A DNA stretch of 37,801 nt from a virus (lineage: Duplodnaviria > Caudoviricetes). The notes below the pieces were generated by a model. It saw nothing but the letters and a program-made list of their open reading frames with translations, was not told the origin of the DNA and did no database searches. Where the stretch lies: positions 1 to 37,801 of IMG/VR virus record IMGVR_UViG_3300042341_000024, one strand, 5' to 3'. Each line of letters starts with the position of its first letter. Positions within the stretch are counted from its first letter, which is position 1. This document shows positions 7,279 through 16,613 of this stretch, one piece after another. The translations under genes were made by a program, and so were the position numbers.

Positions 7279-10200
7279 TTAAGAAACTGAGCTTACTTGC
7301 TCAACAAACCTACGATTTGATTTTGTGGTTTCTACACCACCAACCACGCCACGTTCACGCTTTCGTGCTTCCGCCGGTACTCGCAACAACTCAGACAGCG
7401 GTTGACGCTTATAGCCGTTCTTTGCTCTGGAATCCTGCAACTCTTGCCAGCTGGTACGTGCATCAGCCATTGCCGCAGCATCGCTTTGGCGAGATGCTTT
7501 CAAATACGAGCTCTTAATCTCTCCGGCACGCTGTGAGTAGAACTTATCAAACTCTGCAACAACTTTCTGCGTATATTGTCTGTCAGTAATGGTCGTTGTG
7601 GGAAGACCAACAGCTTGGAAAGCAGTGTCAATCAGGCTGATATCTTCAGGCTTGAGTACCAAGTCTCCATTGCGCATCGTAATGCCTTCAGTGCCGAAGC
7701 GATAACCCTTCATCAAATTGGCAATACCATTTGGCAACGCCAACTCTAAGCCCTTGTAGTATTCACCCTTGGACATCATGCCAAGCGCGTCGACAAACTT
7801 CAGTCCCAAACCGACTGACGGGCCCATCATCCCCACAATCATCTGAGCTGCATCTGCACGCGAAGTCAAGTTGAACTCCACAAACGGGCCGAATGGCGAC
7901 GCCACGTTTTCCATTGCCAGACGCTTGCCAATAGACTCCAAGCCCAGTGCGGCAGGCACACCACGAAGTAGCAAGTCAGCCACAGCGCCGTCACCGATCA
8001 TGCGACGGAGTTTGTACTCATAGTCATCGGGTTCATCTTCATCACCAAACACGCTAGACAAGATGCTTGCAGCTTGAGATACAAACGGTACACCCAACGC
8101 ACCGCCAAGCACAGCCATGTGTGCAGTAATGTACTTCAATGAGGCACGAGCGATAGCACGCTCTTCTGCACTGGCACCTTTGAATGAGGTGTGGATCAGC
8201 TTAGCCAACATGGACAACTGAATGATCTGGAAGCGTTTGAATTGCAACAAGACCTTAGCACCGCCGCTTTGCATGACGCGAGGTGTATTGAATCCATCGT
8301 AGTTACCATGGCTGTTAGACACTACTTCAGCAGCAAACTTAACGCCATCCGCGCCGGGAGCGCCTTTGTAAAGGTCAACATATCCGCGGTAAGCAGCAAT
8401 GGCAGCCGTAGCACGGTTAATTGCTTCAATACGTGCGTTGACATTTTGCAGCTTGAACATCGCTTTGCCGAGGGGGCCTTTGTCATCTATACGCGCCGTA
8501 GCATCTGCATCAACACCAATATCGATCTTGCCCATGCGAACCAGTTCTTCGAGCATAAACCGGACATCGGCAGGAGCTTTGTCAAAGTCAATGCGGTCAG
8601 AAACACCTAGTCCCGATACAAGGTAGGACATGTCACCGTAGGCACGCTTGATCGCACTGGCGGAACGGGCATAACCGAGACGACCCGCCATGTATGGCAA
8701 AGACAACACGGAAGTCTGAAGCGCCTGCTGGAGGTAGTACGCAGGGCTAGTCGACAAGTGCCACAGTGTGGACATACGCAACATGTTTTGCGCCAAGACG
8801 CTAGGCTGAGAGTACTCCATGCTGTCCGCGTACCGTGTGTACAGTTCGTTGTACAGAGGCATCGCCTCTTTGCGGTTGTTGCGAGCCTGATTGCGCATGG
8901 TTTCTAGCGCGTCGTTTATAGCGTCGCCATGTTCCATGTTAGCTAAGAAGTGAGCATCAGCACGACCGCTAGTGGCCAAGTTGCGCATCATGTTCTTATC
9001 AGCACCGGAGACATTCTTACGCTCTAGTTCAGAACGACGAGCGCTGGCTTCAGCCACAGTCATCAGATACAGATCAGAAATCGCTTTGTCCAGCTTGGTA
9101 TCGGTGGATTCTGATTGGCGGTTTGCCAAGTTGCGCAGACGAGCCACAGCCATATGAACATCAGAACCGCCAGCGTAAGAAGCACTAGCTTCCTTGATAC
9201 CAGCGTCCTCGGGTTGAATGTCATACTGCCCCGTAGCTTGCAGGTCTGCAGCAATGCTGTCGGCCTCGCCTTGTGTTTCAGCAAACTGAACTACATAGTG
9301 CAGCGGATTGGAGACGTTGTCCTGCAGCCAGTTTTTAGCTTGCTGTGCGTCACCAGTGATCGAGTCAGCGCCAACGCGGGCTTCTGTACCCTTGGCAGCT
9401 TCTTCATACGCAATGAACTCTTTGGACTTGGCAACCACGACGTAATCGCCATAGCGACCGAGGTAGGCGTATGGCTCCGACACCTCTACATTGCGCAGTC
9501 TAGTCATGCGACGGAGCATCTGAGCTTTCTCTTTAGCAAGCCCCTGCAGTAAGTCTAAGTCATTACCCGCAGCTTTCTCACGAGCTTCAAACTCACGATT
9601 TACTGCAGCCTCGGCGGCTTTCTGTTTCAATCTTAAGGCTTCATAGCCATGATTAAAGACGTCCTTAATCACCTTCTGAGCAGCCGGCGGAAATGCCTTA
9701 AAGCGCTCTTCCAAGTCGGGGTCGGTTTCAAATAGCGTAGTGCCGACTTGTTGCTCGCCGGGGTAATAGCCCCACTTCTTTTGGACAGTAGAGTCTTGGA
9801 TGTATTCGTTGACACTGCCCTTACCGACTCCCTTGAGGTTCTCTGGCAGTTTCTCAAACTCGCCCAAAATGTCTTCGATTCGACGCTCAAACTCTAAGCG
9901 GGTACCTTGACGCTCGTACTGGGCTTGCAGATATTTAGCCGCAGAAGGCATGTACTTTGTAGCCAAGCCAATCACATCTTCTGTAATTGCGGATGCATAC
10001 AAACCGCGTTTAGCCAAAGTCGAAATGTTTGTCCACTGCTCACGAGCGGACTTCTGCAGTGGCTTAGGCAGTTTGTCGATAGTGCGTTGGACTACGCTTT
10101 GGTCAGCTGCGTTCTTGCCAAACTTCATCTTTGCAGCAGCGCTATCAAATAGCTTCTGAGCTTCCGCACGGAGTGCATCAGCCGCTGCGGCGTCTTTCTC

Positions 10201-13200
10201 TTTGCTGGCACGGGTCAAGAGGCGGATAGCTTTGTCAATATTGGTATTGCCAGCCTTGGGCTTTTCATCCAACACAGGATTGGCTTTATCTGGCAGCCCT
10301 TCAAAGCGTCTCTCTTTGCTCAGGTAAGCACCACCACGACCTGTTGAGGTCAGAGTGTTTTCCGGACTAACATCCATGGTCGCTGCAGGGAACGATTTTA
10401 CGCGTTCCTCAAAGCTCATGCCCATACGCGATTGGACGTTCCTAGCTTCAGCTTCACCTGCCACCAAACGATAGAGTTCGTGGGCAACGTCTTTACCATC
10501 AGTAAGTTCGACGACTCGGGCTTTTAGTTCTTTGTTAGCCGCGTAGTGCTCGTCGGAGATAGTTTTAATTTTGTCGGAGTAAAACCGAATCTCCTTCATT
10601 TGTTCAGCGTAGTTTGCAACGCGCTTTAGGACGTTGACCTTTTTGTTTTCTTCCTTGAACTTTTTCTCAAGAACGCCCTTGGCTGTTTCCAATCGAGTGA
10701 CTTCACTATCTAAAGCACGAACTTTAGAATACATTGGAGCAAGCTCAGCCGTATTGGCAAGTAAAGCATCAACCGCCCCCATTAAGTCGGCAGCCCTATT
10801 CTTTTCAACAAACTTGTCAAAGTTTGAAGAGTAGCGTTCACCACGGGCTTTGCGAGCTTGACTTTCTAGTTCAGACGCATCATAAGCATCAATTGCTTTT
10901 TGCAATTCATTACGCAGTTTTGTAAGAGCCGCCTTATTAGACAGGTCGCTACCCTGCGGACTTGAACCGTTTTCAAATTTCTCTTTTGATTGAATCCAGT
11001 GCTGGACTTCGTGCAGTACGGTCGACAGGGGGTCACGGGCGTACGGTGTAACAACCAATTTTTTAGTTTTGGGGTCAAACCAACCTTGCGTGCTTCCCCA
11101 TACGTCCATCATTACTTTACGTTTTTCGAACGTAACGTCCTTCAACTCAGGATATTGAGCAAACAATTCAGGGTGGTCTAAAACGTCGCTTAGTTTGAAT
11201 TCAGTGTAAAGATCAATGTCTTTAAAGTCTTGTTTAAACTTTGCTTGACTGTCATCAAACTCAAAGCGCCATTTATTATCAGTACCTTTGTACCAGCCGG
11301 TTTCTTTCCAAATTGTTTCTGGGTCAACACCATTGGCCGTGTCTAGTTGAGCTTGAACTAATTCAAGTCGACGTTCAAAAGTTTTTGCTCCAGTAGCTTC
11401 GACTCCGCCAAAGCCGAATTTCATAGTGTCTGCAGTAATTTTAGTTTTCTTACCGGACAGTTCCAGTTTAGCTGCGCCAAAGGCCAAGTTAACTACGTCT
11501 TGCGCAGTTAGTGTTTCTGGTTTAAATCCAAGTTTAGTCAGAGCAACTTTAAAGGCGCTCCACAAAGTACGGAACCACGTTTGCAAAGCACCGGATTGAT
11601 TTTTAACAGCAGTAGGATCAATGCCGGCCATCATGGCTTCTTCGATGAAGTACGCCAGCACCTCTGATCGTTTTTGATCTTGTGCGGTCTCAGCCTTCAT
11701 CACGCGATCGGCTGCCCTAACGGCTAAAATTGATTCAATTGTGGACTCATCGCCCTTTGCCCAATCAACAATTTGCTGAGTAAGTTTGTCGTAGGCTGCT
11801 TTTGGCAATAAGTTTTCTAAGCCTAAGTGGGCTCCAACCTCATGCATAAACTTGGCACGACCTTGGCCTTGTTTGATTCTGTTGGCGATCAAGAACGCTT
11901 GGCCTGTCGGAGTTGCTACTCCATATGCACCTTCTAACATTAAGGCCGCGCCAACAGTTTGGCGATTTTTGTCCGAGGACATCAACAGATCAGTTACGCT
12001 ATCAACAATAACTAGCTTGCGGCCAAGGATGTCGGCGCGGATAAAGTTCTTGATTTCTGCTTTTAGCTTGGGAGCGGTGTAGGGTTTATCGACGCGACCG
12101 TCTCTGCCGAACTTCAAACCAGCTTTTGCCAACTTAGTCAACTCAGTGTTGACATCATCTTCAGTCCAGTTGTCTGGGCCAAAGCCAATGAAGTTTTGTT
12201 GCTGTGCTTTTGTCAGGTCAGCAAACTTAGGAGCTGTGGGGTAGCTAGATGCTACTTTGTCCCACGCTTGGGCTGCTTGCTCGCTGTTGGTGAGGACTTG
12301 GGTTTCACCTTGGCTGGCAGGCTTTTCGGCACGCCGTACTTGCTTGCCCACTCCTTGGCCAGCTTCGGTTTTTGGCTGAACAGGTACGCTTGCTGTGCTT
12401 TTGACTTGAACGGCATTTGTTTTCTCCAGTTTAGCCATCTTGACAGACAGCTCTTTTGTTTGGCCGCTCTTGAAATCAACGGTCACGATAGTGGCATCGC
12501 CGTCGCCGGAGAAGCCTTTAACCACACCAGTACCCAACTTAGGGTTTACCACAGTGTCGCCCACCTCAAGACCTTTACGGTCGGCAGCTAACTTGGCAGC
12601 ACGTTCTGCACGGAATTTTGCCGCTTCTGCTTCTTTAGCGGCCTCCTTAAACATGTCGACTTCTTCAGCAGCTTTTTGTGCGGCTTCGGTACTTGGCGGC
12701 TGCTTAGTCGGCTTCGGTACTTTTTTCGCTGCAGTCAATTTAGTCGTCAGCGCTGTGTATCGTTCCGTCAGTTCGTTAATGCGCTTTGCAGCGGCAGCTT
12801 CTGCTTCCGGCAAGCCGAACTGTTTAAGCTCGTCCGCTGCAACTTTTAATTCAGCAATCTTGTCAGCTAGGCTAACCAACTGAACAGCCATTTGGCTGCC
12901 GGCAGTACTGGCTTTTTGCCACTCGCGAGAATCATCTGCCAGCTCTTCAACATCCGATTCAGCTGTATCTGAAATGACTTGGTTCTCAGATTCGACAATA
13001 CCGCCCTCACCAACAGCCTCGTTTGCCTGCGTTAGATCAACAGCAGCTTCTTTTGTAGACTGGATACCAAGTTCAGTAAACACTTGATTGCGATCAAACC
13101 CCATGGCTACAGCAACGTTAGCCAGTTTTTCAGGATTACCGATCTGTCTTACACGCGAAGCATCTACACCAAACGTAGCGCCGATCTCTTTTTGCATTTT

Positions 13201-15105
13201 GACGCGGTCGCCCCTAGGCACGGCTCGGCGGGCAGTGATATACGCCTGAATGATTTTGCGGTCACGGTCTTTGTTACTGCTGTCTGCGAGTTGAGATTCA
13301 ATGACTTCGTTAAGTTCAACCTTGGTGAAATTTTTCTGATCTTGTCGCTTGCCTGCTGCATCTGCCAATGTAGCGTTGATACCACCGGTGTTGCCTGTGG
13401 CTCGAGCAATCTCGACGTAGTCGTCTACAGCGGCATCCTGATCCGGCAGAGCTTCCTGCTGGACTAAACGCAGTGTCGTATTGGGTTTTATCGGGGTTTT
13501 TTCTTGACGTCGAGTTTGTTCTGCTTTTACGAGGCCGTACTCTGCATCACTAAGATCAACGTTAGTAAGTTCAGTCTTAAGCTGATCGTCTGTTAGCGCA
13601 CTAACTTTTTCTGGTGTAACCGCTCCACGAGTTAAAGTAGTTACAGTGGTAGATGGTTGGCCGGCGGTGTTTGGAAGAAGACCAACTTGTTGAAGTGGGG
13701 CTCCAGTTGTTGCGGCACCTCCACCCACTGCTCCTGCGAGAGAAGCATCTGATCCTGCAGCTCCCAGAGTTCCCGGAACGACAGCGCCCCCGACTCCCAC
13801 GCTTCCTGCAGGCTGCTGTACAGTAGAAACTGCTGCGCCACGGGGACTCCTTGCTCGAATGATCGCGCCAATAGTGTCAGTAGCAAACTTGAATTTGTTT
13901 TCGGACAGCGCGTTGAGGATGGGTTCGGCTTCTTCAGAGGTAGGATCAATACCCTTAGCCACCATGTAGTCGTAAATACTACGCGACTTCTTTGTCGGTT
14001 TAATATTCAGTTCGTTAAGCGCTTCGTCTGTCTTGCTAAAAATTGACGGCGTAGTATCGGCAGCCTCTGTGGTAGGCGCAGTCAGATCAGTAGGGGCAGC
14101 AGCACTTGTAGTCGTCGTAGCAACAGGCGCGGTAACTTCAGCCGTAGAAGTATCTGCTGGCGCAGTCAAATCAGTTTCCTGACTCACCAACGATGTCGTT
14201 GTTGGCTGTGCAGCAGGGGCGGTTGCAGAAATATCAAGCCCGGTAGGAGCTTGAGCTGGCGGAACCGGAGTCTCTGGCTGAGTTAAATCAATCTCGCCTT
14301 GGGCTGGGCGCGTACCGGCGACAGCAGAAAGCCCTGCACGAATAGCGCCACCACCCAAGAAGGCCTTGGCACCAGCCACACCATATTCATCAAAGGCTTC
14401 GGGGCCGGTAAGTGTCTTATACGCACCATAACGTTCCAACGCTGTCTGTGGAATTTCAGTAATTGTTTCTTCTACGCCGCCACGAAGGGCCTGTCGGCTC
14501 AACGCGCCCCACAGACTTTCACCAGCTTCACGGGCTAAAAACTGAGTACCTTGACCGGCAATCTTTCCGGCAATACGTTCGGCACCACCAAAACGCTCTA
14601 GGGCTGCAGCTGGGATGGTAGCTCCCAAGGCGCGTGGACGATCATCAATACCAGCCTCACGCTGTTCCGACCGAATACCGCCGTATGTCTGAGCTACGAT
14701 GGGCGCTAAACCGCCTACCAAACCGCCAAGCTGCTGGCCGCCAATAATACCTAAAGGGCCAAGAGGGGTGCCAAGAAAGCCGCCTATAGCGCGGCCAGCT
14801 AACTGACCACCAACGGCCAAGCCGACTTGAGGGACAATTTCGCCAACAGCTTCGCGTGCTGTGGTAAACGGACGACTTAAGACATCCTGAAACGACTGAA
14901 TTTCGCTAGGATTGCGGCGAACAACACCCGCACCATAACTCTCCAAAGCACCGCCGGTGTCTTCCAAGCCAACATCACGCAGGGTAGAACCAAGGCCAGA
15001 AGCAAACTGCCCAGAGGCGCGTCTTACATCTGACAAAACTCCGGGGGCATTGGGCTTCTCAGGGTTGAAGAGGTTGTTGTTTACAGCGTCCCAAATGCCA
15101 GCCAT
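7279..15105 (-). CDS. Giant polyvalent internal virion/DNA-ejection protein (2608 aa)
   Basis: Last of the ejection-type genes. LPD23-like WKETGWYKGTDNKWRFEFDD; zincin motifs HEVGAH and HEVQH...GEAEAR; PLxRFG-like AYLGRYGDY; sigma4-like HTH; Tudor-like domain. Confidence 0.85.
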   Translation of the reverse strand: MAGIWDAVNNNLFNPEKPNAPGVLSDVRRASGQFASGLGSTLRDVGLEDTGGALESYGAGVVRRNPSEIQSFQDVLSRPFTTAREAVGEIVPQVGLAVGGQLAGRAIGGFLGTPLGPLGIIGGQQLGGLVGGLAPIVAQTYGGIRSEQREAGIDDRPRALGATIPAAALERFGGAERIAGKIAGQGTQFLAREAGESLWGALSRQALRGGVEETITEIPQTALERYGAYKTLTGPEAFDEYGVAGAKAFLGGGAIRAGLSAVAGTRPAQGEIDLTQPETPVPPAQAPTGLDISATAPAAQPTTTSLVSQETDLTAPADTSTAEVTAPVATTTTSAAAPTDLTAPTTEAADTTPSIFSKTDEALNELNIKPTKKSRSIYDYMVAKGIDPTSEEAEPILNALSENKFKFATDTIGAIIRARSPRGAAVSTVQQPAGSVGVGGAVVPGTLGAAGSDASLAGAVGGGAATTGAPLQQVGLLPNTAGQPSTTVTTLTRGAVTPEKVSALTDDQLKTELTNVDLSDAEYGLVKAEQTRRQEKTPIKPNTTLRLVQQEALPDQDAAVDDYVEIARATGNTGGINATLADAAGKRQDQKNFTKVELNEVIESQLADSSNKDRDRKIIQAYITARRAVPRGDRVKMQKEIGATFGVDASRVRQIGNPEKLANVAVAMGFDRNQVFTELGIQSTKEAAVDLTQANEAVGEGGIVESENQVISDTAESDVEELADDSREWQKASTAGSQMAVQLVSLADKIAELKVAADELKQFGLPEAEAAAAKRINELTERYTALTTKLTAAKKVPKPTKQPPSTEAAQKAAEEVDMFKEAAKEAEAAKFRAERAAKLAADRKGLEVGDTVVNPKLGTGVVKGFSGDGDATIVTVDFKSGQTKELSVKMAKLEKTNAVQVKSTASVPVQPKTEAGQGVGKQVRRAEKPASQGETQVLTNSEQAAQAWDKVASSYPTAPKFADLTKAQQQNFIGFGPDNWTEDDVNTELTKLAKAGLKFGRDGRVDKPYTAPKLKAEIKNFIRADILGRKLVIVDSVTDLLMSSDKNRQTVGAALMLEGAYGVATPTGQAFLIANRIKQGQGRAKFMHEVGAHLGLENLLPKAAYDKLTQQIVDWAKGDESTIESILAVRAADRVMKAETAQDQKRSEVLAYFIEEAMMAGIDPTAVKNQSGALQTWFRTLWSAFKVALTKLGFKPETLTAQDVVNLAFGAAKLELSGKKTKITADTMKFGFGGVEATGAKTFERRLELVQAQLDTANGVDPETIWKETGWYKGTDNKWRFEFDDSQAKFKQDFKDIDLYTEFKLSDVLDHPELFAQYPELKDVTFEKRKVMMDVWGSTQGWFDPKTKKLVVTPYARDPLSTVLHEVQHWIQSKEKFENGSSPQGSDLSNKAALTKLRNELQKAIDAYDASELESQARKARGERYSSNFDKFVEKNRAADLMGAVDALLANTAELAPMYSKVRALDSEVTRLETAKGVLEKKFKEENKKVNVLKRVANYAEQMKEIRFYSDKIKTISDEHYAANKELKARVVELTDGKDVAHELYRLVAGEAEARNVQSRMGMSFEERVKSFPAATMDVSPENTLTSTGRGGAYLSKERRFEGLPDKANPVLDEKPKAGNTNIDKAIRLLTRASKEKDAAAADALRAEAQKLFDSAAAKMKFGKNAADQSVVQRTIDKLPKPLQKSAREQWTNISTLAKRGLYASAITEDVIGLATKYMPSAAKYLQAQYERQGTRLEFERRIEDILGEFEKLPENLKGVGKGSVNEYIQDSTVQKKWGYYPGEQQVGTTLFETDPDLEERFKAFPPAAQKVIKDVFNHGYEALRLKQKAAEAAVNREFEAREKAAGNDLDLLQGLAKEKAQMLRRMTRLRNVEVSEPYAYLGRYGDYVVVAKSKEFIAYEEAAKGTEARVGADSITGDAQQAKNWLQDNVSNPLHYVVQFAETQGEADSIAADLQATGQYDIQPEDAGIKEASASYAGGSDVHMAVARLRNLANRQSESTDTKLDKAISDLYLMTVAEASARRSELERKNVSGADKNMMRNLATSGRADAHFLANMEHGDAINDALETMRNQARNNRKEAMPLYNELYTRYADSMEYSQPSVLAQNMLRMSTLWHLSTSPAYYLQQALQTSVLSLPYMAGRLGYARSASAIKRAYGDMSYLVSGLGVSDRIDFDKAPADVRFMLEELVRMGKIDIGVDADATARIDDKGPLGKAMFKLQNVNARIEAINRATAAIAAYRGYVDLYKGAPGADGVKFAAEVVSNSHGNYDGFNTPRVMQSGGAKVLLQFKRFQIIQLSMLAKLIHTSFKGASAEERAIARASLKYITAHMAVLGGALGVPFVSQAASILSSVFGDEDEPDDYEYKLRRMIGDGAVADLLLRGVPAALGLESIGKRLAMENVASPFGPFVEFNLTSRADAAQMIVGMMGPSVGLGLKFVDALGMMSKGEYYKGLELALPNGIANLMKGYRFGTEGITMRNGDLVLKPEDISLIDTAFQAVGLPTTTITDRQYTQKVVAEFDKFYSQRAGEIKSSYLKASRQSDAAAMADARTSWQELQDSRAKNGYKRQPLSELLRVPAEARKRERGVVGGVETTKSNRRFVEQVSSVS
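12252..12416 (-). CDS. Nested +1-frame gene: small basic MPFKSKAQ-type protein (54 aa)
   Basis: GGAG 7 nt before ATG 12416. MPFKSKAQQAYLFSQKPKLAKEWASKYGVPKSLPAKV resembles small phage proteins I recall as stand-alone genes (MPFKSxxQxxY...AKEW). Confidence 0.7.
   Translation of the reverse strand: MPFKSKAQQAYLFSQKPKLAKEWASKYGVPKSLPAKVKPKSSPTASKQPKRGTK
13641..13841 (-). CDS. Nested +1-frame gene: acidic helical protein (66 aa)
   Basis: AAGGAG 5 nt before GTG 13841. MAQQFLLYSSLQEAWESGALSFRELWELQDQMLLSQEQWVEVPQQLEPHFNKLVFFQTPPANHLPL. The host frame here is G/A/V low-complexity. Confidence 0.6.
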   Translation of the reverse strand: MAQQFLLYSSLQEAWESGALSFRELWELQDQMLLSQEQWVEVPQQLEPHFNKLVFFQTPPANHLPL

Positions 15106-15114
15106 GGTGCATCC

Positions 15115-16611
15115 TTATTTCGGAATTTGATTAATCAGCCCTTGGCGTACGGCTTCACGTTCCGGAGTTTGTAACCAAGGCAAGCTACCCAAGTCTACCT
15201 GACTCTTTGGGTATGTCGCATTGTAAGCGTCAACGTCTTTTTTGGTAAGTGGTTTTTTAGTAGTCGGATCAATTCCGGCCTGTATTGCTGCTGAAGCAAT
15301 GGGGGGAGCGTATCCACGACGTACAAAAAACGCAACGCGTTGCTTGTCTATTTCTTCGGGGGTAGCTTGAGCCTCAATCAGCCCTCCCTCAGCCTTCAAC
15401 CAAGCTTCGTTATCGGCGTCGCGTACCATGCCTTTCTTAAGTGCCTCAATGGCTGTTGGCACGTCCTTGTATGTACCTTTCGTAACCAAGCCTTCTGCAG
15501 TTTTAACCAGAGCTTCCGGAGAAGAAGACTTGCCGCCGGACTTATAAAGACTGCCCAGAGCATTTTGCGTAGCAGCCGTAGCGTTACTGGCTGCAACAGA
15601 AGCGTTAGTCTTGAGTACGTCTAAATCATACTGTGCAAGTTGCAAAAACCCACCGGGTTTAGCTTTGGCGTCAATAATCATGCCCAACTCACGTTCGCTC
15701 TTGGCATCAGCAAATACTGAACGAGTACCGTCTTGGTTGACTTGGATGTAGCGAAACGGGTTTTTCGGGTCACGTTCCAGCTTGAACGAAGTGTTTTGCT
15801 CGTCAAACCATTCCAAGGCCGACACCACACCCTTAGCCCTAGACTGACGGTAGCCCTCTTCAAACTTTTTAGCCTGCAACGTAATGTTGTTTAGCTCAGT
15901 TGTAGTGTAGCTAGCTTGCAACCGCTGACGCTCTTCCACCCCTTGAGTCCGCTCAATCAAATCAAGAATGGCGTTAGTCCGGTCTTCAGGCTTTTCGAAT
16001 TTTTGTTTGTTAATTTCATCAAAACCCGTGTCAAAAGCCTGTTGTTTTTTTTGTTTGCGTAGAGCATCTGCAGCTTGAATCTCGGCCAACGTCCCTTGCG
16101 TTCTAGCGCCTGCGGTTTGAACATTCTGCAGCTCAATAGCCCCTTCTAATCTCTGTCTTTCAAGGGGATACATTTCGTCTTGTCGTTTTGCGAGGTCAAT
16201 TTCTCGACGCATACGCAAACCCGCAGCAGGATCACGTTCAGCAATAACATCGGCCATTGCATATTGTCTAACCCGATCAATTTCTTGTTGCGAGGGCGCG
16301 CGGTCAAACATCTGCTGGCCGACCTGATAGCGGCTCAAACCAATTCTCTGACCTTGAACTGGCATTTGAGGCGCGTAGTTCACCTGCTCTTGGGGAGTCA
16401 AGCCAAACATCTCGGCATCTTGAGCTGCCATTGCTTGCGCTTCTGCACGAGCCCGGCCAATTTCGTCAGGCGTAGCTTCACGCTGTTGAACTTCCTTGGC
16501 AGTCAGAGCTTTTGCTTCTCGGATGCCGAGCTGCTCTTTACTTTGGTTGTAGGCGTCAAGGATGCCTTGACCTAAACGTTCTCCGGCTTGAAGACCTGCT
16601 GCAAATCCCAT
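15115..16611 (-). CDS. Internal virion/ejection protein (498 aa)
   Basis: SD GGAGG; MGFAAGLQAG start; Q/A/E-rich helical sequence; lies between the DNA-transfer-like gene and the giant gene. Confidence 0.7.
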   Translation of the reverse strand: MGFAAGLQAGERLGQGILDAYNQSKEQLGIREAKALTAKEVQQREATPDEIGRARAEAQAMAAQDAEMFGLTPQEQVNYAPQMPVQGQRIGLSRYQVGQQMFDRAPSQQEIDRVRQYAMADVIAERDPAAGLRMRREIDLAKRQDEMYPLERQRLEGAIELQNVQTAGARTQGTLAEIQAADALRKQKKQQAFDTGFDEINKQKFEKPEDRTNAILDLIERTQGVEERQRLQASYTTTELNNITLQAKKFEEGYRQSRAKGVVSALEWFDEQNTSFKLERDPKNPFRYIQVNQDGTRSVFADAKSERELGMIIDAKAKPGGFLQLAQYDLDVLKTNASVAASNATAATQNALGSLYKSGGKSSSPEALVKTAEGLVTKGTYKDVPTAIEALKKGMVRDADNEAWLKAEGGLIEAQATPEEIDKQRVAFFVRRGYAPPIASAAIQAGIDPTTKKPLTKKDVDAYNATYPKSQVDLGSLPWLQTPEREAVRQGLINQIPK

Positions 16612-16613
16612 GA

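Noticed and set aside
13164-13409. Other +1-frame ORFs in the giant gene (also 9063-9284, 9669-9890, 10866-11078)
   Set aside because: No convincing SD/start pair, shadow-like composition, and they overlie constrained main-frame domains.
16041-16056. A8 run in the 498-aa gene as a frameshift or phase-variation site
   Set aside because: It simply encodes KQKKQ; no supported alternative-frame product or stimulatory structure.
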